DNA of 63,316 bases, the filler included, from Octopus bimaculoides (lineage: Eukaryota), in NCBI RefSeq assembly GCF_001194135.2. It is 4 parts of 4 records of this genome, joined end to end, with 100 filler letters (N's around TTAATTAATTAA, not from the genome) between each part and the next. Parts side by side here need not be neighbours in the genome. Positions count along the whole stretch, not along the records: positions 1 to 24,032 come from NC_068981.1; 3 more parts are not named here. One strand, written 5' to 3'. This document shows, in pieces, positions 12,252 to 23,335 of the stretch; within the stretch, counting starts at the first letter, position 1, and each line of letters begins with the position of its first letter. Under the pieces are notes generated by a model that saw only the letters and a list, made by a program, of their open reading frames with translations, did not search any database and was not told the DNA's origin. Both the position numbers and the translations under genes were made by a program.

Positions 12252-12892
12252 AGGCGCAGGCGTGGCTGTGTGATAAGAAGCTTGCTTCCCAACTGCATGG
12301 TTCTGAGTTCAGTTCCACCGCGTGATACATTGGGCAAGTGTCTTCTAGGATTTGGTTGGTAGATACTGAAAGAAGTCCATCGTATATATATAGGATCTCT
12401 TCAGTTTGGCTCACAGATTTTCTTGACTCGGAAGTTATTGCTCTTTGATTACTATCGCAAGCAACAGTAGGTTTTCTTTCAACACGAAATAACTTCTAAA
12501 ATACGAAATTTGTCAAAAATGCTGAGAGTAAACCGTGTTCAGCGTGATAAATTACACCATTATACGAAGTTTCAAACTGTTTAGTTAGAAAAAAATTAAA
12601 AATCTGTGAAGCGAACTGAAGAGATCCTATATATATATATATGTGTGTGTGTGCGCGCGCGCGTATCTTTCTGTCTGCATTTGTCTTTCCTCTCACTGCT
12701 TGACAACGGTATTGGTGTGTTTATATCCCCGTAACTTAGCGATTTGGCAAAAGACAGCGATTAGAATAAGTACCAAGCTTAAAAAAGAGAAGTACTGGGA
12801 TTGATTCCCTCGATTAAAATTTCCTCAAGGCGGTGCCCCAGCATGGCGGCAGACTGATAACTGAAACGGGTAAAAGACAAATGATAAAAGAT
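12252..12892 (+). mobile_element. SINE family A, split by a TIR element in its central (TA)n
   Basis: Head ggcgcaggcgtggctgtgtg at 12253; tail cagcatggcggcagactgataactgaaac...taaaagata. Confidence 0.9.
12393..12627. mobile_element. 235-bp element with ~29-bp terminal inverted repeats, inserted in (TA)n (MITE-like or Penelope fold-back)
   Basis: Left ggatctcttcagtttggctcacagatttt versus reverse complement of right ggatctcttcagttcgcttcacagatttt; TA on both sides. Confidence 0.85.
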
Positions 12893-13229
12893 ATATGTAT
12901 TATGTAAATAGTCAATTGTGTTTTCATTCAAGAGAAAGAAATTAATGTTTGTCGCTTTTGAAATGTTTCTGTTATGACGTAATAAACGCTCAAATTTTTG
13001 TAACCCACCCAACTTGTTTGTTTATTTTTCAATGCGTGATCAAATACCAATAGAATTACAATGGGACGTTATGAATATTAAATCGTTGGCATCTTTTGAT
13101 TCACTGAAAAGCTCTCCTGACAAGATATCATGACCAGAAATTCGAGTATGAGAACTTAGTGTAAGTCATGATAATGAGGCTTGAGTTCAAGTGAAAAGTA
13201 GAAGTCTATGCAGACTGAGATAGAACAGG

Positions 13230-13728
13230 AAAAGCAATAAGAATTAGAAATGGAGAGAGGAATGAAGAAGAACGAGAAGTGTTCCATAAGTAAGAAGGGA
13301 ACGAAACGTATGCAAAAGGATCTTTAAGATCCGAAATGCAACTAAAAAACGTCGTAATACGGGTGAGGAAGATGCCGCTAAAAGAGGGAGAATGATTGTT
13401 TATCAAGAAATAAAACTACATATGAGCAATGATGACAGAAAAGAATATTTAACACAATCAAGAATGTGAGAACAGGCGCGAAGAGGAAACAGTAGCGAAG
13501 AGAATAAGAAAGAATACCGAGAATAAGACTTAGAGGATAATGTGAATGAAAATGATAGACAAGGATATTTAGAACTGGCGTGTAACCACCAAGAGCACGA
13601 AGAACAACAGCAAATAATCACGAGGTGCCATTTAGTATCGCAGTCCTTGTTGTGGTGGTCTGTAGTTCGGCGCTAAACATCTAAACGGACAAGTTAATGT
13701 AGCAGATTTCACAAACAAGCCAACCTAA
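13230..13728 (+). pseudogene. STPR + Zn-motif unit 4
   Basis: ...HMSNDDRKEYLTQSRM*EQARRGNSSEENKKEYRE...NVNENDRQGYLELACNH...NHEVPFSIA.PCCGGL...; ends caagccaacctaa. Confidence 0.8.
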
Positions 13729-13989
13729 AACTCAATGCAGTACTTTACAGTAAGGAGTAAGATAGGAATGTGATGTTAGAATTTTATTATGAACCGAAAA
13801 ATGTTTATGGCTGACACTTTACAACTTATGCGTGTCGAAAGAATTTCCACGCATACTGCTAGATTTGTTATATATATGTTATCAATCAGTTTCATTTCTG
13901 TATTTCTTGTCAATAGAGAAAGAGCCGGACTCTAACATAGATTCAAGGCTCCTTCATTGAAACTTTTATCAACATCATCTAGGTATTTG

Positions 13990-14114
13990 TGCATGTGTGT
14001 GTGTGTGTGTGTGTGCAGTATTTGGTGTTAGTGTATGCGCAGATTTGTATGTTTGTTTTATGGATGTGTTTTTATGTATATATTTTCATGTGTAGATGCA
14101 TGCATATGTATATA

Positions 14115-14147
<33 letters not shown>

Positions 14148-14162
14148 ATATGTATGTATGTA

Positions 14163-14197
<35 letters not shown>

Positions 14198-14345
14198 ATA
14201 CACACACACATGCAGCATGGAAAAGCGAATGTTAAATGACGACGACAATGATGATGATACATATGCTTACATACATATATATATACGTACATATATACGC
14301 ATAAACATACATATACATACGTGTACTTATATACATATGTATATG
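13990..14345. repeat. Compound (TG)/(TA)/(TATG)/(CA) microsatellite block
   Basis: Direct inspection. Confidence 0.9.
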
Positions 14346-14934
14346 TAAATATTCAAAGGCATTTTATGGAAAGAGAAATTTGTTGAAGCTTGTCGCTTAT
14401 GAAATGTTTCTATTATATGTAATAGATGATTACATTTTCGTAATGGTGAAGATCTATTCCTGCGAAAAGAAATGTAAAAGATCATGTACGAACATATATG
14501 CAGAAATACACAGACACATACAGACACAACATACAAACACATACGATCACACACAAGCATACGCGCACACATAATACACAAACATTCACGCAACAGTTGT
14601 ACAGAAATAGAGTCACATACATAAGTGCAAATGCAACTATAGAGACTTACATGTATATATACACAGTTTAAAATGTTTTGCATTGCTAAGTAACATATAA
14701 ACAAAAATGAATTCTAGCAAAAGGGAAATGAAAAATAGAAATAATAACAGTACAAATAAATAAATAAATAAATAACTCACATGACACGAACATTTTTCAG
14801 TATTCGAAATTTTAGATTTCAAATTTCTAACGAAGTTTTTCCAACAACCGATACATTAATTAACTCTTCCTAACTTGCTTTGTAAAATACGTGTAACGTA
14901 ACATCTTGAATACGGAATTTTACCAACTAAACAA

Positions 14935-15467
14935 CCCTTTCTACTATAGGCACAAGGCTTGAAATTTTGGGGGAGGGGGCCAGTCTATTAGATCGACTCC
15001 AGTACGCAACTGGTACTTAATTCATTGACCCCGAAAGGATGAAAGACAAAGTCAACCTCGGCGGAATTTGAACTCAGAACGTAACGGCAGACGAAATACC
15101 AATTTATTTATTGCCCACGGGGGGGCTAAACATAGAATGGTACAAAACAACTGATCGGGATCAGTAATGCGCATGGTTTACATAAAATATGACTTTAAAA
15201 ATTATATAAAATATAAAAAATCGAATGATATTAACAACACGTTAGACAACACAAATGAAGCGATGATCAGGCCACGCTCCGACCCCACAAGCCCCGATCT
15301 ATCGCTGGTACTTTTTGTTTCGCGTCTATTCACACGGTTCCTTGTACGCACAACACTCGTGCAACATGCTTCCATCTCTTTTGGAACGTATACTCCGTCA
15401 GACATCTCTCCAGCCACCGCTAAGCATTTCGTCCGGTGTACTAACGGTTCTGCCAGCTCGCCGCCTT
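14935..15467 (-). mobile_element. SINE family B split by a LINE 3' fragment
   Basis: SINE sequence gaaatacc|gctaagcatt is interrupted at 15100/15416. Confidence 0.9.
15101..15415 (-). mobile_element. 5'-truncated L1/Tx1-like LINE 3' end
   Basis: Minus strand reads ERCLTEYTFQKRWKHVARVLCVQGTV*, then a 3' UTR ending gccccccccgtgggcaataaataaatt; ACC duplicated at the junctions. Confidence 0.65.
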
Positions 15468-15531
15468 CTTACCAACTAAATAACATCAATCGCTTCGTAT
15501 GTATTTTATTATCGACCCAGAGTTAGGTCTG

Positions 15532-16111
15532 ATGGGGGATAATGATCGTATTGCAGCAAACATTGAATCGAAAGAGGCAGAGATGATACAAGGAAATAGT
15601 GCTCAACTGGTACTTATTTTAGGAATGAGACGACGAGAAGCTCTAATTGAAGAGGAGAGGAAGAAAATATATGTAAGAAATGCTATTAGAATATGTTGTT
15701 TGACGAATGAGGAAGCTGAAGCTAATATGAAAAAGAATGTGTTTTGCCAACCAAGAAAGGATGCAGAATAAGAACAGAGAAGTTAGGAAAGCACAAACAA
15801 GAATAAGAGAACAGGTTAAAAGCTAAAACATTAAAGAAGAAAATAGACTAGATTACCAAGAACAGGTATGGGGCAGACTTCGGTCTTCTAGACGAAAATC
15901 TGAAGAGGATACACAAGGATATTAAGTAATGGCGCATTATCACGCAAGAGTACGAAAAATAACAAGAAATAATTACGAGATACCGTTTAGTATTGCAGCA
16001 ACGAAAATAACACATCCTTATCGTGATGCTCTGCGGGTCGACAGAGAAGCTTTAAAGTGTTGCCAAAACGGCAAATTTAATCTCCTAGATTTGGTAAGCT
16101 CGTCTGTCTAG
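15532..16111 (+). pseudogene. STPR + Zn-motif unit 5
   Basis: ATG at 15532 (MGDNDRIAAN...); C-terminal part from the ORF track is MAHYHARVRKITRNNYEIPFSIAATKITHPYRDALRVDREALKCCQNGKFNLLDLVSSSV*; internal stops. Confidence 0.85.
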
Positions 16112-16268
16112 CCTTAAGGCTTACACTTTATCTCAAATACGGGCGGTTGAATTTCAACGATTATGACTTCTACTTGGAGAGAAAGATGTCGAGTTTGTTG
16201 TTTTTGGAATTATGACGAAATAAACGGTCACATTTTTATAATTCAAACTTGTTCACCTTTCATATCTT

Positions 16269-16339
16269 CAATGTTTAATCAATATTTAATCAATGTTTAA
16301 TGTTTAATCAATGTTTAATGTTTAATCAATGTTTAATCA
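16269..16339. repeat. Local tandem expansion of (tca)atgttta
   Basis: About 7 copies of a 7-11 bp unit inside an array module. Confidence 0.8.
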
Positions 16340-16759
16340 CCAATAAAATTGCATGGATTGTTATATACATTAAACCTCTGGCAACAACTTTATATTTTTC
16401 ACTAATATGGTAGATCGACATCGAAGTGAGTCTACATGCACTCACATCATACAAACGCACACACAGACACATGCATACATACATATAGATACACACACAT
16501 GAATAAATACATAAGTGAACGCTCACCACAGCAAAAATACAACTGTACACACTTTTATGAATACATACACATACTTTGAAATGTTTTGCAATGCTTAGTT
16601 ACATATAAACAAGAAGTAACGGTTGTGAAAAAAGGGGGGAAAAAGCAAGATAAAAGAATTTTTCCAACTTTCTATATATTAGCAACTCTTCCTAAATGTT
16701 TACGGAAAAATTAACGATTATAACCTGGATACCAGCCATATAATATTGGTCGTAAATTT

Positions 16760-16960
16760 TGGCATAATGCGTGAAATTTCGGGAAAGGGGATAAGTCGAT
16801 CAGAGTGACGCCAATGCTCAACTTATCCTTATTTTATCGACCCCGAAAGATTGAAAGACAAAGTCAACCTTAGCGGTATTTGAACTCAGAATGCAATGAC
16901 GGACGAATGCTGCTAAACATTTTGCCCGGCGTGTTAACGGTTCTGGCAGCTCGCCGCCCT
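16760..16960 (-). mobile_element. SINE family B (diverged)
   Basis: ggcggcgagctgccagaaccgttaacacgcc...ctttcaatctttcggggtcgataaaataagg on the minus strand. Confidence 0.85.
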
Positions 16961-17027
16961 CAATACTACCCATATAATATTAAGTACTTGTTCAATGTTT
17001 TATTACCGAAACAGAGTTTGGTGTGTT

Positions 17028-17638
17028 ATGGGTAACAAGAATACTGCAAGAGAGCAAGAGAACTGAATGAAGCTGTGAAGACACAAAGAAAGATTGCGGA
17101 GAGGACAAAAATATAGGAATTAGGAATACAGCGATGAATCAAGAACTATGAGAAATATCAACTATGGAAGAAAGAACGAACTTCATGCTAGAAATGCAGT
17201 TAAAATGTGTCATATGATGAATGAGGAGGCTGAGGCCAATTAGGGAAAGAGTGAGAAATGCTAACCAAGAAAGAAAGCCAAATACGAACGATGAGGATAG
17301 GCAAGAATATTTAGCACAAGTAAGAATAAGAGAACAAGCTAGAAGAGAAAACATTACCGAAGAGAATAGACAAGAATGCTGAGAGCAAACGTTGAACACA
17401 TTTCAGGCTTAGAGAGGAAATATGAATGAAGAGGAGAGACAAGGATGTTTAGAAAAGGCGCGTTATCATGCAACAGTACGAAAAATAGCAGCAAATAATC
17501 ACGAGATGCCATTTAGTATTGGAGCAATGAATGCAACTTATCCTTATCGCGGTGCTCTGCAATAACACGGTGAAACTCTTAAACTACTGCCAAAACCACA
17601 AAGATAAGTTGCCAGATATGGCAAAGTAGTCTGTGTAA
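17028..17638 (+). pseudogene. STPR + Zn-motif unit 6 (best-preserved frame)
   Basis: From 17281 in one frame: NTNDEDRQEYLAQVRIREQARRE / NITEENRQEC*EQTLNTFQA*RG / NMNEEERQGCLEKARYHATVRKI (three 23-aa repeats), then AANNHEMPFSIGAMNATYPYRGALQ*HGETL, +1 shift, NYCQNHKDKLPDMAK*SV*. Confidence 0.85.
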
Positions 17639-17816
17639 ACTCAATTCAATACTTTTATATAAACAGCAAGAGATGGCTGAAAGCGTCATGAATGAAATGA
17701 AAGGATATCATTATCGAATGGAAAAATGTTTATGGCTGACGCTTTATCATATATGTGGGCCGTAGAATTTCCAGAAGTGAGCAAGTGTTTTCTTTAAATT
17801 TGAATGCTCATATATA

Positions 17817-19085
17817 ATAGTTCGTCAAGCATGAAACTTGTAGAAAAGAAAAAAAAGTTTGCTAGTGTCTTATAAATACAAGGAATAGTTTTATTCACCA
17901 AAGTATGCACCCGTATTGTCAATACCCGTTTGCCATTTCAGCGGTAGCTTGTCCAACCCGGAACTATAAAAACCTGGCAGTCTAGAGTCAATAAAACCTT
18001 GGAAGGCCTGTTTTACAGCATTGTCGTAATTAAATTGTTTTCCTATCAAAAAGTTATCCAAATTCTGGAAGAAGTGGTAGTCAGTGGGGGCAAGATCAGG
18101 TGAGTATGGTGGACGATGGAGAACTTCCAACTCCAACTCCTGTAGTTTCGCCAATGTTATTTTTGCAATGTGTGGTCTGGCGTTGTCTTGCAACAAAATA
18201 GGAGTGGATCTGTTGACTAATCTAGGCTGTTATTTTGTAAGTCTCTGCATCATTTTATCCAGTTGGCTGCAGTATACTTTGGCCGAGATTGATGAGCCAG
18301 GTTTAATGAAATCATAATGGATGACATCTGCACCAGATCATCAAACACACACCATCAGCTTCTTTTGATGAATTTTGCTTTTAGGACTGTGTTTTGGTGG
18401 ATTGTCTTTGTCTAACCATTGTGCTGAGCGTTTTGGATCCATTTCTCATCACATGTTACAATTCGATTAAAATATGATTCATTTTTGTGACGAGAAAGTA
18501 GCATAATGCAGGATTCCAAACATTGCTGTTTCTGATTTTCATTGAGTTCATGTGGAACCCACCTATTCAACTTTTTCACTTTACCAATTTGAACTAGTTG
18601 AGTCAATATTGTTTGCTTGCTAACATCAAACAACAATGATAATTCACGGGCACTTTGAGAGAAGGATCTGACTCGATGGTGACTTTCAGTTATCCACCTT
18701 TGTTTTTGGTTAACCGCGTTGCTCATTTGTGAGGTCAAAGTTACAAGAACGAAATTTTGCAACCCAATTTGATACTGTCTGCTGTGTAATAACATTAGAA
18801 TGAAATACTCCATTAATATTCTGAGCTGTCTGTGATGCTGTATTTCTAAGAAAGAACTCATATTTCAAAACTGTACGAATTCCAGACTTATCCATCTCTA
18901 AGCAAAAATAGCAAAGAACGATTTATAAATACTTTATAAAGCACAAAATGATTTAGAATAAAGAAATAGATGTGTCAGCTTTCTAACAAAAAAAAAAGAT
19001 TGTCAAAAAATAATAATGGCGCAAAATGAGCAGCTGTCAAAGTTTACCATATACCTTACTACAAATTTCATACTTGACAACCTAA
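17817..19085 (-). mobile_element. Full-length decayed mariner transposon (1269 bp)
   Basis: ~27-bp TIRs (atagttcgtcaagcatgaaacttgtag versus ttaggttgtcaagtatgaaatttgtag) flanked by TA; transposase pieces with WVPHEL, IVTCDEKW, LQDNARPH and YSPDLAPTDYHFF; stops and frameshifts. Confidence 0.97.
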
Positions 19086-19251
19086 TAGCATAAATAGTCA
19101 AATGTTCTTTCACTGACAGAAATTTGATCCAGGGAATTTATGATGACGATTAAAATATATTCTTGTTTGAAATAAACTAGAACCTAGCCTGTTCAGATGG
19201 GAAAATATTGCCAGGACTTCATGCGATCAACATCAAAAATTTAATAGAGGT

Positions 19252-19660
19252 GGAGGGCGTGGCTGTGTGCCAAGAAGCTTGCTTCCCAACCACGTGGTTC
19301 CGGATCCAGTTCCACTGCGTGGCACTTTGGGTAAGCGTCTTCTACTATAGCCTCCGGTTCCAACCAAAGCCTTATGAGAGGATTTTGTAGGCGGAAACTT
19401 AATGAAGCACGTCCTATATGTGTGTATGTATGTGTGAATGTCTTTGNNNNNNNNNNTTGTCCCCCCAACACCGCTTGACAACCGATGTTGTGATGCTTAC
19501 GTCCCAGTAACTTAGCGGTTCGGTAAAAGAGTCCGATTGAGTAAGTACTAGGCTTAAAAATAGAATAAGTACTGAGATCGATTCATTCGACTAAAAGTTC
19601 ACCAATGGGGCACCCAAGCATGGCCGCAGTCTAATGACTGTAGCAAGCAAAAGTTAAGGG
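19252..19660 (+). mobile_element. SINE family A
   Basis: gggcgtggctgtgtgccaagaagcttgcttcccaacc...aagcatggccgcagtctaatgactg. Confidence 0.9.
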
Positions 19661-19668
19661 AAATGACT

Positions 19669-20483
19669 TGTAGTGAAACCTCTCTCTCGGGTATTTATTT
19701 ACAGATGCGAACGTAGCGGCTAACATCTAGCTTTCGGCCCGCCTTGGACCCTGCTGTGTCCATCACCCTGATTGGCTCTTATTTGCACTGCATTTGTCTT
19801 CAGTTCTGTTTCGCGCCAGGGTGAACATCAACCAATCGTGGCCTTCTGATAAGGTCACGTCAGAGAGTGTTTTTCTGCTGTTTCTGGAGCCCCTTTTTCT
19901 CCATAAATAGCCCTGCTTTATCCACGCCAGTTTGTCTTCGATTTCAGACCTCTCACAGGTCTGGTCGTTGACCATCTCACAGAACACAGCTCCAGTCAGT
20001 TTCTAGCGACGACGTCAACACCACCGTTCTACTGTCTACTACAGTCTCGTCGCCAGCGTACACACTGCCCACAACAACCGCGGTTCCATCTCAACACTGT
20101 TTGTGTGGATTGTTTCCACCTCGAAAGAACAGCCAGAACAACCTGCGAGGATCTTCTGTACCAAGTAACCAGTCGCAGCATCGAAGCCTCAACTTCACTC
20201 ACGACATGTGACACTTCAGCTCTGCTATTCAGCCACAACCTCTTATATACAGACATTCTACCTACTGTGTAACTCTTTTATGAGCTGGTACTTTCTTATC
20301 TTTGTTCAAGACGCTTATCGTCTATGTTACAGACTCTTATTCCATGCTCTGTATTTCTCATTCACACACACACACATATTATGTATACACATTCTTGTAC
20401 ACGACGGTCCGTCATACATATTGTGTTATTTATATTGCCGCATGCACGCACACACAGTTTACTTCACTAATAAACTTACTCTT

Positions 20484-20546
<63 letters not shown>

Positions 20547-20706
20547 CGGTCGTGTGTCTCTCTTTCCTTGCTGGCATTTCCTTACAACTCACATGTGAGC
20601 CCTCTTATGTAAAATTATATGTTTTGTGTCGACCGTGCGACGCGTTAAAAGGAGCCTGTTTCCATTCGTCGCCATTTTCCTTTGGTTCGCACAGTCGTTC
20701 TCTACA
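19669..20706 (+). mobile_element. Solo LTR related to 1012-2286
   Basis: TGTAGTGAAA...gttcgcacagtcgttctCTACA; flanks GACT/AACT (4-bp TSD, one mismatch); CCAAT, aaggtcacgt, ATAAATA; internal (TA)n at 20487-20542. Confidence 0.85.
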
Positions 20707-21168
20707 AACTCGATGAGTTAGGAAGTAACCGTTGGTTGCTCTGTCATGCGCACTTACACACGCACACACACAAATGTACAATCACGCACATAAATACTCT
20801 CACATTTATGAGTGAACATTCACGACAACAAACACATGTACGCACACATGAATACTTACATTAAAACGTTTAGCAAATGCTTAGCAATATAAAAACAAAA
20901 TTAACTTATGGAAAAGACAATTCAATATGACATGTTTTATTGTACTAGTGCATGACTCGTTGTTTTATACCCGGAATAAATGATGCTTTGTTTCATTGAA
21001 ATATGGGCATACAATCAACAAAGAACTTAGTGAAAGAATGTAAACCAATATTGAAATAAAGGAAACATTTAATAAATCAAAATACATATTAACTCTTAGT
21101 TATTTAATAATAGACATTTTGACAAGCAAACAATGTTTGTATTTGTAATACTGTGAGTGAATTTTTAA

Positions 21169-21285
21169 GACGGTGAGTTGGCAGAATAGTTAACACTCTG
21201 GGCACAATACTTAATCGCGTTTCGTCTGTCTTAACGTTCTGAGTTCAAATTCCGCAGTGGTTGTCTTTTCCTTTCGGGCTCAACA
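21169..21285 (+). mobile_element. SINE family B, 5' half
   Basis: gacggtgagttggcagaatagttaacac...gttctgagttcaaattccgc. Confidence 0.8.
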
Positions 21286-22469
21286 TTTTTAGTAAATTTA
21301 ACATTTTTCATTTCAGTTCCTCAGATTCTGTTGGTATAGTAAATTGACTTCGACCAGCAAAAATCTTTGCGTCTGATGGATTCCCTACTCTAGTGTGGGT
21401 AACATATAATTGATCGTGTGTGGACACGTTACTAGTATTGAAAAGTTACTAGTTAGACATTTCACACAGAAAAATAATGTCCTTTCGCGAGTTTTTCTAA
21501 GAGAGATTTAAAGATCGGAGGTTCATTATTTTCTTTCTTTCTTTCTTTCTTTCTTTCTTATACACACACGTGTGCGCGCACGCACACACACGCACACACA
21601 CACACACAAACACACAGAAGTTTTACGTAAAAAGAAAGATGTTGAGGGTTGTCGTTTTTGAAATGTCTCTATTATGACGTAATAATTGTCACATTTTTGT
21701 TACTGAAATTTCTTAGTTCATCTTTCATAACTTGAAAGTTTGATCAATCACCAACATAAGAATTACACGAACTGTTATGTATATTAAATATCAGGCAACA
21801 TTTGAGATATTTCATCGACCAGTATGGTAAATGGACATCGCAGGGAGTCTACAATCACTAAATAAGATACAAGCATTCTATATCCCGGAAATCAAAAATT
21901 ATCCAAATTGTGTGACAACCGGACCAGGACATTTTCTTTAGGTATACATATGCACAGGAACGTACATCCCCGCCATACACACACCCCTTCCCCATAACAG
22001 AAACGCACACTCTTGTATATAAATACACTTACAAACACTGGCGAACGCTAACCACAGCAAACGAACTATTTAATCCACACATTCCATAATCTCGAAATAC
22101 CACGAAATCATAACTAAATTTTGTGAAATATCCAGTCAGGATATTTTTCTGGTGTATACCTAGGTAAAAGAACATACATAAATAAATACACACAAACAGA
22201 CGCATACACAATATTGAAACAACGGAATATACCACATGCACAAACACGTATACATAAATACACTCACATAGGGAATGCTTACAACATCAAACACAGCTAC
22301 ACAAACTTACATGACTATATACATACCCATACTTTAAAAATGTATTGTAACATTTAGTAACATGTAAACAAGAACTAACTCTGGTAAAAGAGAAATGAAT
22401 ATCAGAAAAATAAGCCCATATGATATTTACTATTTTCCATATTAGTAATTTTGTATTCAAAATATATGA

Positions 22470-23335
22470 AACGACCCAGTTTGCGATGAAAGCTCGGCTA
22501 ACTTCTTGCGCTTCTGTGCTGCGAAGACTAGGCCAACGGGTGTAGCGATCCACCAAGGTCAGTAGATACGAGAAACACTGTGAACGTGGTAGGAGACCGA
22601 CAAGGTCGATGTTGACTTGGCTGAATCGGGCCTGAGGTGGTTCATAGTTGCTGAGGGGTACTTTGGTGTGTTGATGGACCTTGGCTTGTTGACAGGGGAT
22701 GCAGGACCTGGTCCACGCCCCGATTTTCTTGGCCATACTGCATCAGATAAATTTGCTTAAAAGCAGCCGCCGTGTGGCTTTAGTACCTGGATGGGAAAGT
22801 CCGTGAATGATGTCGAAAACTTTCTTGCGCCAGGCTGATGGGACGATCGGTCGTGGCTTGCCAGTGGATACATCACACGGTAGGGTTGTGTCGTAAGACC
22901 CACAGTGTGCACCCTGCAAAGAAAGTGATGTGATGGCAGTGCGGTAGGCCCCGATCTCGTCATCTGTCTGTTGAGTTGCAGCCATAGCTTCGTAATCCAA
23001 GCCTTCCGTTATTGGTACTAGGTAGGTGTGAGAGCGGGTAGGAGCACGAGAGAGTGCATCGGCACTGTGGATGTCTGTGATGTACTCAGAAATTGCCGAT
23101 AGCTGTTGTTGTTGGCGTGCAGACCAAGGCTCCGAGAGCTTGCTCATAGCAAAGGTGGGTGGTTTGTGATCCGTGAATACTGTAAACGTGCGGCCTTCAG
23201 GGAAATACCGAAAGTGGCGGACACCTAGATGGACAGCCAGTAGTTCCCTGTCGAAAGCACTGTTCAAGGGGTCGTAGTTGTCGACCGAAGAAGGCGAACT
23301 CGGTCAGGGAGTTGGTTGGAAAAAAAATCAGCTGA
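22470..23335 (-). mobile_element. Ty3/Gypsy pol fragment (RNase H, integrase H2C2 and start of the core)
   Basis: SAFDRELLAVHLGVRHFRYF..GRTFTVFTDHKP, ADALSR, HGLSHPG...W.RSCIPCQQAK, RFSQVNIDLVG.LP, LLTLVDRYTRWP; frameshifted. Confidence 0.95.

Larger units (their letters stand above)
455..22440 (+). repeat. Ancient degenerate tandem array (2-4 kb modules) carrying STPR/Zn pseudo-ORFs, heavily interrupted by TEs
   Basis: The same non-coding blocks recur in the same orientation. gt(c/t)tgatggat(c/t)c at ~465, 4600, 7420, 21373. ttatgacgtaataa...cacatttt at ~3571, 5007, 12972, 21671. aaatgttttgc...tataaac at ~5389, 9003, 14671, 16580. tatacccggaataa-like block at ~4046, 7122, 20966. These alternate with the coding-like units below. 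Confidence 0.9.

Noticed and set aside
17281-17638. Idea that cephalopod A-to-I editing could repair stops in the STPR units (the TAG at ~17410 aligns with TGG in other copies)
   Set aside because: The units also contain frameshifts and lost cysteines that editing cannot fix; simple G-to-A decay explains the TAG.
455-22440. CRISPR-like or bacterial array interpretation of the repeated modules
   Set aside because: The units are kilobase-scale, diverged, in eukaryotic TE-rich context, with no short identical repeats, unique spacers or cas genes.
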